From contig OY820905.2 in assembly GCA_963555755.3 (NCBI GenBank), positions 1,472,001 through 1,536,000 of the forward strand: a DNA stretch of 64,000 nt, given 5' to 3'. The notes under the pieces are model-generated. The model was not told the DNA's origin and did no database searches. It saw nothing but the letters and a program-made list of their open reading frames with translations. The stretch is from Nitrospirales bacterium. GTDB lineage: Bacteria; Nitrospirota; Nitrospiria; Nitrospirales; UBA8639. Positions 9,814 through 18,259 of the stretch are shown here, piece by piece. A program made the translations under genes and the position numbers. The stretch's first letter is position 1, and each line of letters starts with the position of its first letter.

Positions 9814-10825
9814 TATGCCTTCCCATTTGACTAAGGTTAGTCCCTAGACTAGTCTGCTGGACTATGGACACAGGGTATGCTGCTGATATCTTGGATTTTT
9901 CTGTTAGGTTCCACACCGAAGAAGCGTGCTTCGAGTACTTGCGGGCGATTCGGTGGCCAGACGGGTTTATGTGTCCAGCTTGCGGTCATCGCGGTGGTTG
10001 GTGGCTCAAAAAATATTTCCGGTTTGAGTGTTCGTCGTGTCATAGACAGACATCACCGCTAAGCGGCACAGTGATGCATAGATCGCACTTGCCGCTACGG
10101 CTTTGGTTTTGGGCTGCCTATTTCGTCTCCACGCACACACCTGGCATCAGTGCTGTGCAATTGCAGCGTCAACTCAGTATCAAGAAGGTGGATAGCGCCT
10201 GGTATTTGCTCCACAGATTGCGACGAGGAATGGTACGACAGAACCGTGAACGGCTCGCAGGAACAGTTGAAGCCGATGAAACCCATATCGGTGGACCGGT
10301 AAAAGGCAAAACGGGCCGTGGCGTCGCGAAAGCGAAAACCAAGACGTTAATAGCCGGAGCCGTAGAAATTGTCACGTACACACAAGGGGATCACTTTCGA
10401 GAGAAAGCAGGGCGTTTACGATTAGCGATTCTTCAAGACGCTGGAGAGAACGAGATCAAAGCATTCCTCAATAGCCATGTCGCTGAGGGCAGTAAGATCA
10501 AGTCCGATGGTTGGAAGGGATACTCGGCAAAAGCCTTGGCAGGATACGAACACCTGAGACGGACCCAGGGTGACCCAGCAAGTGCTGGGAAGCACGCTCC
10601 ACACATCCATAGAGCGTTCGGCAATCTGCAGACCTGGCTGAACGGGATTCACCATGGAGTGGATTCAAAATACCTGCAACACTATCTTGATGAGTTTGTC
10701 TTTCGCTATAACCGCCGTGAGACTCCAATGAGTACCTTCCAGAGTTTGTTGAAAATCCTGACCAGCAGCTCAAAACCCTTGGGATTCAATAAACTGAAGC
10801 AACCTTAGTTAAATGGGAAGGCATA
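9814..10825 (+). mobile_element. IS1595-family element, complete
   Basis: TIRs TATGCCTTCCCATTTGACTAAGGTT / AACCTTAGTTAAATGGGAAGGCATA; 8-bp duplication AGGGACGA at 9806-9813 and 10826-10833. Confidence 0.93.
9864..10808 (+). CDS. IS1595-family transposase
   Basis: RWPDGFMCPACG Zn ribbon, VEADET, SDGWKGY, YLDEFVFRYNRR. Confidence 0.93.
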   Translation: MDTGYAADILDFSVRFHTEEACFEYLRAIRWPDGFMCPACGHRGGWWLKKYFRFECSSCHRQTSPLSGTVMHRSHLPLRLWFWAAYFVSTHTPGISAVQLQRQLSIKKVDSAWYLLHRLRRGMVRQNRERLAGTVEADETHIGGPVKGKTGRGVAKAKTKTLIAGAVEIVTYTQGDHFREKAGRLRLAILQDAGENEIKAFLNSHVAEGSKIKSDGWKGYSAKALAGYEHLRRTQGDPASAGKHAPHIHRAFGNLQTWLNGIHHGVDSKYLQHYLDEFVFRYNRRETPMSTFQSLLKILTSSSKPLGFNKLKQP

Positions 10826-11979
10826 AGGGACGAATTATGTTAGCTGATACAAATAGGTGCTACCATTTTGGAAGTAGGCCAGGGAGCAAGGATCGATGGG
10901 TTTTCTTCGTTCAGTTTGTCGGATGACCCAACACTTTTCCATGGAGATTCTAATGAGAAACCTCTGCCAACTTGGCTTACAGATGGTCTCGCACCAACTG
11001 AGAAGAGAATTCGCGAACTTCTTTTCCAGAATTTCCAAAAAGAAAGAAAGTCATCCGAAGCTGCTAAAGTAACTTACCGAAAAGCCGGTACAATATCAAT
11101 TCCTGGTTAATGTGTGTTTTCTTTGAGAAGTATCCGCTGTCCTGCCTCCCTATAACTGGTCCCTTGTGAAGAATCCTGATTTTACGCTGGCGCGAGATTT
11201 TTCAGACCGTCAAGCGGATAGAGGATTTTGAACAAAAGAACCTTCAGCCACTGTGCGATGCGTCTGAAGTTGTAACCGGCGGCGGCGAGGACGGCGTTGA
11301 TGCGGTCGCCTTCACGGGCCTTGAGGTAATTTCTGTCCATTCGGTGTTCCTGTTTGAGATGGCCGACATAGCCTTTGTCCACATAGGCGCGTTCCGGTTC
11401 GACGCCGATCCAGTTGGTGAGTTCCTCGATGACTGTTCTCAATGTGTGGCCGTCATAAGGGTTCCCATGCAGCGCCTTGGCGTGGAGCACGAACATGCCG
11501 CCGGGGACCTTTGCGTTGGTCGTTGTAATCGAGACCTTGCAGCCGAACTCATAAGGTTTGTGGGCCTTGCCTTTGCCGATGCATTCGGTTTCTGGCGCGT
11601 GCAGGGAATAAAGCTTGGGGCCTTCCTGGCGCCTCTTCTGAAGCCTGAGACGCACGGCCATGGCGAGTTCGCCGGTGAAGGCCGCTTCGCGTTCTTCGTT
11701 CCCCTCAATCTTGCGGCGAATGTCGCGAATGATCCGGCCCAGCCGCACGGCTAGGAACTTCACCTGTTTGCGATGACGCTTGAACTGTTTGGCGTGAGCG
11801 TAACGCTGAGCCTTGATCAAGGCCAGCTTGCCAACGCGCACATAGCTTTGCCGGAGTTTGACGCCGTGACGCCTGGCTAAAGCCCCCAAACGGATGATCG
11901 ATGTGTAAAGCAGTTTCGCATCCGTCGGGAAAGCAATGTTTTTGGGCTGGACCGTCGTATCGACGGTGACGCGTTTAAC

Positions 11980-12845
11980 TGTGAGATTTCCTCGTGTTGT
12001 TTACAGTTTAAAGAAAAATGTTCGTAACTTTTCGTACGGCGTGATGTTGTCGATTCCCGCATGCGGTTTGACCGTATTATAGAAATTGACGAATCGGGCA
12101 AGGCCGAGTCTCCGGTCTTGCCTGGAAGGAAAAATCGTGGCGGCATGCCACATCTCCAGAAGCGTTTTGAGCACCCGCTCCGCCTTGCCATTGGTCTGGG
12201 GGCGCCGGACCCGGGTAAATTTCTGCCCCGTGCCGTTGGCCTTGCACCTGGCCACGAACGCATGATCCGGGGTGCCTTTATATTCCGTGCCATTATCCGA
12301 ATAGGCACATTCGATCGTGTAGGGGCATTCCTCGAGCACTTGCTCCAGGAACGCCGCCGCAGACGTTTGCGTTTTGTCGGGTAGGATCGCCGCGTACAGC
12401 TCTCGTGAGAAATCGTCACTGGCCACGAACAGATGCTCCCGCGGGAGGGTCTTCTTCTCGCCTGCGAGCCACGGTAAGCGTTTGGTGTCAAAGTGGAGCA
12501 TCTCCCCGGGATAGCTTTTGTTGTAGCGCCGAGCGGCAAGTTTTAGCTTGCGCTCAAGAGCCTGCTCCACCTTGGCCAGGCGTTTCATCCCGTACTGTGC
12601 CTGCAAAAAGCGCGTGTTGGGGGATGGTCGAGGCGCAAACTCCTGTTTTCGCGCCCGGTCGATCACCTTGTAAATGGTCGGCCGAGAGACGCGGAATTGC
12701 TGCGCGAGCGCTACAACCGTCCACTGCCTCGTGCCATACCGTTGCCAGATCTCTTGTCGATCAAGCGGCGTTAACCGGGTTCTTTTGTGTATTGTCATGT
12801 CTACATCCTCGCAAAAAGATGTAAACAACGCTAGAAAAAATCACA
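11980..12845 (-). mobile_element. IS481-family element
   Basis: TGT...ACA termini with imperfect TIRs; GTTTAAC duplicated at 11973-11979 and 12846-12852. Confidence 0.9.
12001..12798 (-). CDS. IS481-family transposase (HTH + rve)
   Basis: MTIHKRTRLTP, PGEMLHFDTK, SDNGTEY, PQTNGKAER, FYNTVKPH. Confidence 0.9.
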   Translation of the reverse strand: MTIHKRTRLTPLDRQEIWQRYGTRQWTVVALAQQFRVSRPTIYKVIDRARKQEFAPRPSPNTRFLQAQYGMKRLAKVEQALERKLKLAARRYNKSYPGEMLHFDTKRLPWLAGEKKTLPREHLFVASDDFSRELYAAILPDKTQTSAAAFLEQVLEECPYTIECAYSDNGTEYKGTPDHAFVARCKANGTGQKFTRVRRPQTNGKAERVLKTLLEMWHAATIFPSRQDRRLGLARFVNFYNTVKPHAGIDNITPYEKLRTFFFKL

Positions 12846-13509
12846 GTTTAACGTCTTTCACCCGCAATGCGCCGGTGCGATGAGCCGTGCTGAGACTTTC
12901 CTTGATCAGTTCGGCGAGCTTTTCCTCGCCCAGCCTTTGACGCCAGCGCGTCATCGACGAGCGATCAAACGGCGCCTCGTGCTGAAAGAAAATCTCGCCG
13001 CAAAAATGTTGGTAATACGGGTTCTCCACCCAGCGTTCGCTGACTTCCGGATCCGATAATCCGTACATGTATTTGAGGATATTGAGGCCAACCATCAAAC
13101 GGGTCGGCAGGGCGGGCCGGCCCTTCGTATAGACCGCGCCGAAGGCCTCATCGAAGCGCGACCAGTCGATCGCTTCGGCCAGCCGCACCAGCTCATGGCG
13201 CGGGTTTATGATGTTCAAAAGGCGATGACGGAACAGGTCTTCAGCGTCGTCGTCGAACCGTTCTTTCGGCTTCATCGGATCATTCCCTTGAGGCGAAAAT
13301 CAACGCCAGAAGGGAATCACAATTTGCAAGATATTGCACCAAAAACCCCCGAAAACTTGCAAAACCGAAACCTTCGAAAGACCCAAACCCCATGAAAAAT
13401 CAAACGCCTACGCTTTGATCACAAAGGACTAACTGAGCCAGTTGTGGTATGAATATCTCAGTCATCAGGAGATGATGTAATGACCCGGAAGCGGTTTTCA
13501 GAGACGGAG

Positions 13510-14421
13510 CTATATCGGGTAGATCCGTTCATCAAGACAAACCCCAAAATCCCGTACTAATTGCCGGTTGCTTTCGACGTAGAGACCTTCCAAGGCGCGG
13601 CGTGCATCGGCACTGAGCCCCACATCGCTTCCCTTCCTTCGCTCACTGTACCTAGCTATGAATTGCATCCCGTATTGGAGCCGTTGCGGAATCAAGGTGC
13701 GTATTCGATTCACAAAAGGAGAGCCTTTCCTAAAAAGGAGCGTGCTTTCGCTTACGAAGCGCGAACCGAAGGTGACGTTCTCAAACGGGCGTCCCGCCAT
13801 CAGGTCAATGCCAGTCTTCTTGTCCACGCCCAGCAAGCCGCAGATCCCCTCCACGAAACGCCCTTGATCCTCAACGAGGTCCTCATACTGAAAAATTTTC
13901 AAATTTTCCGCTCCGAAGACCGTTGAATATTCCTTTGCGACATTCCAGAAATCCATTTTACCGAATGAGGCATGGCGACCATCGGATACCAAAGCTGCGT
14001 TCTCCAGGACCCATTCGCCGATGGAAGCAAATTCCTGATAGAGTTTTTTCTTGAAGAAATGGCTGGTAGCAAGGGTGTACTGTCTTCTTATGACATAAAT
14101 TACGGTCGCATCGCCGAGCAATTCTCGAACCCGTCTCGCCTGCACGCCAATCGGCCCAAACTCCGGGGACGAAAATGACTCCAAGGAAAATAAAACGGGC
14201 AGCTCGACATCGCCTGGCAGGATTTCTTGAAGCTTTGTTCTAGCCTTTTTTTCGGAATACTCGTCAACATTGGTAAAGGACACATACTTACAAAAATCAT
14301 ACGCGGCCTCGGGCCCCGCCTTTCCGAGATAAAACAGACCCGGATGACGCGCAAACAGCTGCATTTGTAATGACGTGCTCGCGGTTCGAGAAGCGCCAAT
14401 ATGCAAATAAATTCTACTCAT
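13510..14421 (-). CDS. Sulfotransferase-like P-loop protein
   Basis: YLHIGASRTASTSLQ (5'-PSB-like), FSLESF, IYVIRRQ, YEDL, Y.ESN..L; start taken at MSRIY. Confidence 0.75.
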   Translation of the reverse strand: MSRIYLHIGASRTASTSLQMQLFARHPGLFYLGKAGPEAAYDFCKYVSFTNVDEYSEKKARTKLQEILPGDVELPVLFSLESFSSPEFGPIGVQARRVRELLGDATVIYVIRRQYTLATSHFFKKKLYQEFASIGEWVLENAALVSDGRHASFGKMDFWNVAKEYSTVFGAENLKIFQYEDLVEDQGRFVEGICGLLGVDKKTGIDLMAGRPFENVTFGSRFVSESTLLFRKGSPFVNRIRTLIPQRLQYGMQFIARYSERRKGSDVGLSADARRALEGLYVESNRQLVRDFGVCLDERIYPI

Positions 14422-14506
14422 CAAGATAGTTCCTCTTACTCTCAATTTTGGTGGTGGGCTAGGAGTTCCTCCAGGTCAATATCATGGGAAGTTGCTCTAT
14501 GCACGC

Positions 14507-14657
14507 CAATCGGGGAATAGGAATTTTAAAAGGCCTGTTTGACTAGACGGTAAAGTACCAAAGAACGGGGTGAAGGGTCAATCCGAGAATAGGAAAATTA
14601 AAAGGCCTTTTTAACTGGGCAGGAAAGTATCAAAGCAGGCACTGGAGGGTCAATCCG
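14507..14657. repeat. Two diverged 72-bp tandem units, each with a minus-strand promoter-like motif
   Basis: Units begin CAATC at 14507 and 14579, and again at 14651; each has TTGACC-N16-G(A/G)TACT facing the sulfotransferase gene. Confidence 0.6.
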
Positions 14658-14684
14658 CCCAATCAGGGCTTCGATGAGAACCTG

Positions 14685-14850
14685 TCAATTACACCAATCC
14701 TTCGTCTTCGTCCCCCCATCATAAGAAACCGCGAACTGTCGTTCAATCAGTAACTCTGAAATATCCACCCAATCGGCTTTGAGCCTCCCCACAATCCTGA
14801 AATATTTCCCTCGGACTTCTTTGGGATTATCGTCAATATGGTATGGCGTG
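14685..14850 (-). pseudogene. Thermonuclease (SNase)-like C-terminal remnant
   Basis: Manual translation RGKYFRIVGRL...DISELLIERQFAVSYDGGTKTKDWCN*; no N-terminus. Confidence 0.55.
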
Positions 14851-14851
14851 G

Positions 14852-15490
14852 TCATCCTCTAAACTTACGGCCAAAGATTCGGCGGCACACCCAGACGGGC
14901 AACGCTAAGTGCAGGCGTGGAACTGACCCATCAGATTTCCACTGTGCTTCAGCGGCCAAGCTGAAATTCGAGGCGATGCCAACTAGATCCCCCGAATCAT
15001 TGATAATTGGGCCTCCAGACGTGCCACCCTCGATTTGCTCGTCAGTTTCTACCCAGAGTGTTTTATCGTCTTCGCGGCATAGCGTTGCACTCCCAGTCAC
15101 CCATGTCCCTTTATGGGTGTAGATGTGAACTTGGAACTTCTGAAATAGCACATAGTCCTCTCTTCGACACAACGGCACCGGTTTCGTATCTTCGCAGAAC
15201 TTCTCAAAATCATCTGCTTCCTTGGAAAACTCTTGTTTATCCAGTGAACCCAGAACGGCTATATCGCTGACAGGTTCCACAGCCAGCGGGCTAACCTTCA
15301 ACTCTCTCTCGCCAGTCTTGATTTTCTCAATAAAGTAATCACCTAACACCATACCGCCTTCGCATTCATAGTTAATACAATGGGCAGCCGTAAGAATCAG
15401 GTTGCTGCTGACTAAAACCCCCTGTCCGCCCTTTCTTAAAAGAGTCACTGTTGCCTTTGCAACGTCGGTGTACATGCTTTCTCGTAGCAT
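14852..15490 (-). CDS. Trypsin-like serine protease, no signal peptide
   Basis: Triad motifs LTAAHC, SDIAVL, GGTSGGP. Confidence 0.85.
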   Translation of the reverse strand: MLRESMYTDVAKATVTLLRKGGQGVLVSSNLILTAAHCINYECEGGMVLGDYFIEKIKTGERELKVSPLAVEPVSDIAVLGSLDKQEFSKEADDFEKFCEDTKPVPLCRREDYVLFQKFQVHIYTHKGTWVTGSATLCREDDKTLWVETDEQIEGGTSGGPIINDSGDLVGIASNFSLAAEAQWKSDGSVPRLHLALPVWVCRRIFGRKFRG

Positions 15491-15752
15491 CTCTGTTTCG
15501 CCTTTATAAAACAGTTGCAGCGGTCGTTGGGTTTTGTTTGCCGCCGCCTAACTAGAAATAGGCTGCCCAAATGCCATATCCATTGACGGCATGAAGTTCA
15601 TGAAGGTTCAGCAATCATTCACTCACACCAATCTTTCGTTTCAGTGCAGCCACTTCCCACATGTTGGCAATGGTGAGTTCTTCGAGGGTGACAAGGTCTG
15701 AGTTGGGATCGAGGGGGGAGGCCATCCTTGTCTCCTGAATTCCACCCGATGG

Positions 15753-16643
15753 TTAGAACGGTCCAGTTGCCACATCCCCCTCAATACCCCCGAACAGGTG
15801 AGGCATTCCAACGGCGTTTTCCTCGAAGAGCGCAAGCCCCTCAAGCCCCGGATACACCGTGGACCGACTAATGTTCATTTGATGAAGCTCTCTGAAGCAC
15901 TGCTTCAAGCTATCCGTGCTCAAGGTTATTGTATAGACCCTTAGATGTAGATCGAGTGTAGGTTTTGGGGCGATTGCCTCGAAGTTCTTCATCAGAGATT
16001 TCGTTACGTCCAAGGGCAGGACGAACGCGCCTTGCTGCACAGCAAGACGGTCATTCAGGCGGAAAGGACTCATGATCCAGACACCGGGCGTTCTTTTCAT
16101 TTCGAAAAGGGCCTTACTCTCCTCAGGAGAATTTGACCCGTGCTCCTTGATTGCGTTTTTCAGATTGGAGTTCTTCTCTTTAACCTGTTCTACCATCCAC
16201 CGTGCGTCGAGGGCCCAGACTTCGCAGATATCCCTGTCATCTTTGGCTCTCTCAAGTGCGAAATGCAGAGCAAGCCAGAAAGAGTAAGTCCAATCTTGGA
16301 GGCGTGCTGGGCCACCATAATGACGAAGCAGGGCAAGCCATTCCATCTTGTTCTCGTTAGGCGGTACCTGCGCAGTGACAAGGTGGCAACGGCGCATGAA
16401 GTCTCGGAGTAGCCGATACTCAAGCGTACGGGCCTCTTTGAAGGGGAACCCAAACCTCTCCATCGCCCTTTCCAGACTGGTCTTCAGTGAAGGGCCTTCT
16501 TCTTTTTCGTTTTCCTCAGTCTTCTTTCGGCTTAACTGTCCGCGAAAGAGCCAGCCGTCCCAGAGGTCTCCGTTTTCCCCGTACAACTTGCATAGTTTGT
16601 CCCAAGACTGGAGTGGCTCGCCAATAGGAGGGATAGTCATCAA
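15753..16643 (-). CDS. FRG-domain protein
   Basis: WLFRGQ, LKTSLER, WLALLRHYGGPARLQDWT.S...ALHFA, NDRLAVQQG.F, L..MNISRSTVYPGLEG. Confidence 0.88.
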   Translation of the reverse strand: MMTIPPIGEPLQSWDKLCKLYGENGDLWDGWLFRGQLSRKKTEENEKEEGPSLKTSLERAMERFGFPFKEARTLEYRLLRDFMRRCHLVTAQVPPNENKMEWLALLRHYGGPARLQDWTYSFWLALHFALERAKDDRDICEVWALDARWMVEQVKEKNSNLKNAIKEHGSNSPEESKALFEMKRTPGVWIMSPFRLNDRLAVQQGAFVLPLDVTKSLMKNFEAIAPKPTLDLHLRVYTITLSTDSLKQCFRELHQMNISRSTVYPGLEGLALFEENAVGMPHLFGGIEGDVATGPF

Positions 16644-17111
16644 CGACCTCCGTCTGGGTAAGTCTTGACCGGAGCGTAGGCGGTTGCCCGGAGCCTGTCA
16701 ACGGAGAATGGGTCTCTCCACGGACATTGGTCCCTGCCTCAGCGGAAACGATGGCGACACGATGCCTGACCCTGAAAGGGTAGCGACTGATCACCCCATC
16801 AGGCGAGGTCGTCCTCCAACTCAAAACGCCGTCCCGAAAATCGATAGTGGGGATGATACTACGTAAAAATACCTACTATTCCATTTCAAAAAAATAGCAC
16901 GTGTGCGATGAGGGGTCCGGCCATTGGCACCCCAACGGAACAATTGTGGGATCGACTTTTTGCGGGAGTGATTTTCGTGGGTTACGTGATCGAAAAACGG
17001 ACGTGCGATCAGGTGTTACATAGGTGTTAGAAGTACAGACAAACGGGTGGGATTAGAGGCAGAGAGAGGCAAAGTCAGGCAAAGAGGCAATCTGCGACCA
17101 GGCAGGCTGTG

Positions 17112-17155
17112 AGAGGGAATTGCCCGTCTTTACTAGCGTTGAGCAATTCCCCCTC
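17112..17155. other. Hairpin next to the right att-like core
   Basis: GAGGGAATTGCCC...GAGCAATTCCCCCTC imperfect inverted repeat just inside the 23-bp core. Confidence 0.55.
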
Positions 17156-17158
17156 ATC

Positions 17159-17263
17159 TTATTCCTCATAATCCGGCCCTAAGTTTTTCTGGATCCCTGC
17201 AATGGCCCAGGCTTCCAGCTCGAGGACGCCTCTGATTTCTGTAAACACATTGATATCACTCAC
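17159..17263 (-). pseudogene. kdsD: Orphaned 5' fragment (34 codons) of kdsD
   Basis: GTG start with AGGAG upstream; MSDINVFTEIRGVLELEAWAIAGIQKNLGPDYEE* aligns with MSKINVLSEIRRVFELEARTIAGLQKHLGPDYEE of the intact gene. Confidence 0.85.
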
Positions 17264-17333
17264 AGTATTGACTTTCTCCTAAGGGAAAAACTCCGGTTCA
17301 CCGTTAGATCCTCGAAATCTACAAAGTGGTAGG

Positions 17334-17362
17334 ATTGCACTATCTTCACCAGTCGGAGTCAA
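17334..17362 (-). promoter_or_regulatory. Sigma-70-type promoter candidate (presumed original kdsD promoter)
   Basis: TTGACT-N17-TGCAAT; a divergent TATAAT lies at ~17436 on the plus strand. Confidence 0.6.
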
Positions 17363-17502
17363 TCCAACACCAAAACGATTCGACCAGCACCTGGTCGTAT
17401 CACCTGCCGGCTATTCAACCCACGCTCAAAATTCGTATAATCCGCCTCCCGACATTCATCATTCTTAACCCAAATCCTAACAGGACCTGAAGGCCGCACA
17501 TT

Positions 17503-18219
17503 CTGAAACCTATTACAAAAAAAGTTATTATCCACGTCTTTACGCAACTCGACTACCCGGCACTCGGAAAAATATATTGCGACGAGGGTGGGGACGCATT
17601 TTGGAAAGACCGTAAAGGTTCTTGCCAAATATTGGGAATGCGAATAGCCTCACAGCTTAAAAACCGCCTTACAGAAAAAGGACGTAGCCTATACGTGGGA
17701 GCGGGTGTGGCGGAATTGCCGATGCTTGTTGTGGAAACAACCGAACTTGACCGATCAGTCACAGCCCATAATCTGCGAAAAGACGAAGCCGCTATTCTTA
17801 ACAAGGCATGCGCCGACTTACCGTTTGAAATTCAGGCCAGTAACGCTTCGCGGGCTCGAGGTCGCTTTAATCATATATGGCTTGTGAGCGTCCTCAATGA
17901 CCCAGAATGCTACCCCGAAACCTCCGCCCTCTCCTATGGGCATGCCACCCCTGTAAATTTTGATGCCAACACATTTAAAAAAGAGCGGCGCACACTCATT
18001 CGGCTCATCAACTCCTGTCTCAGCAAACTCACCCTTCCCGGGCTCGTCTCCACCACGGTTGAAGAAATTCCCTGGATCACGGCATGGTGCTTAGAAAGGG
18101 ACATTCCCTTTCACATAGAAGATAAGACATATCCCACAGCCATTGTTGGAGACCCTTTATGTTTCATTCACCTTGGGAAAAAATCACCACATAAACACAG
18201 AAAGCCCAAAAGAACATGA
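17503..18219 (+). CDS. Hypothetical protein, possible methyltransferase-like fold; probable non-canonical start
   Basis: Frame is open from CTG 17503, 43 codons upstream of the track's TTG 17632; SLYVGAGVAE glycine motif. Confidence 0.6.
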   Translation: MKPITKKVIIHVFTQLDYPALGKIYCDEGGDAFWKDRKGSCQILGMRIASQLKNRLTEKGRSLYVGAGVAELPMLVVETTELDRSVTAHNLRKDEAAILNKACADLPFEIQASNASRARGRFNHIWLVSVLNDPECYPETSALSYGHATPVNFDANTFKKERRTLIRLINSCLSKLTLPGLVSTTVEEIPWITAWCLERDIPFHIEDKTYPTAIVGDPLCFIHLGKKSPHKHRKPKRT

Positions 18220-18259
18220 ACGTCTCGTTTTCCCTCTGCGACAAAGGGGACTGGAACTA

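Larger units (their letters stand above)
6813..11110 (+). pseudogene. Fragmented 2OG-Fe(II) dioxygenase (PhyH-like) gene interrupted by IS66 and IS1595
   Basis: After 9548: TIKLVMLGCDADKESGPLTVL. Across the IS1595 target duplication: GKKGRIMLADTNRCYHFGSRPGSKDRWVFFVQF. Linking the 6813 ORF as the N-terminus is inference. Confidence 0.45.
11182..13275 (-). pseudogene. IS5-family transposase split by IS481, with a further frameshift and internal deletion
   Basis: Removing IS481 restores ...VKDVKRVTVDTTVQPKNIAFPTD; later CIGKGKAHKPYEFG, GNPYDGHTL, DKGY, AAGYN. Confidence 0.85.
11159..13429 (-). mobile_element. IS5-family element, inactivated by a nested IS481
   Basis: Ends GTCCCTTGTGA / TCACAAAGGAC flanked by direct repeat TAACTG (11153-11158, 13430-13435); transposase in two pieces. 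Confidence 0.8.
4580..17184. mobile_element. Decayed genomic island inserted in the 5' part of kdsD
   Basis: Identical 23-bp TTCCTCATAATCCGGCCCTAAGT at 4580-4602 and 17162-17184; interior rich in IS elements and pseudogenes; no intact integrase seen. Confidence 0.65.

Noticed and set aside
16650..17160. Integrase gene for the island
   Set aside because: No ORF with tyrosine or serine recombinase motifs, only short unsupported ORFs.
17162..17184. tRNA-Met gene or fragment
   Set aside because: Only a short anticodon-loop-like word matches; there is no cloverleaf or T-arm, and the sequence codes for the KdsD N-terminus.
17359..17628. 89-aa ORF that seems conserved with 4776-4865 (YTNF..GL.S..V...GA.RIV.VLD)
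   Set aside because: The similarity is explained by the duplicated divergent promoter region, the left copy has no evident start, and the ORF is antisense to the 17503 gene. A small peptide is not fully excluded.
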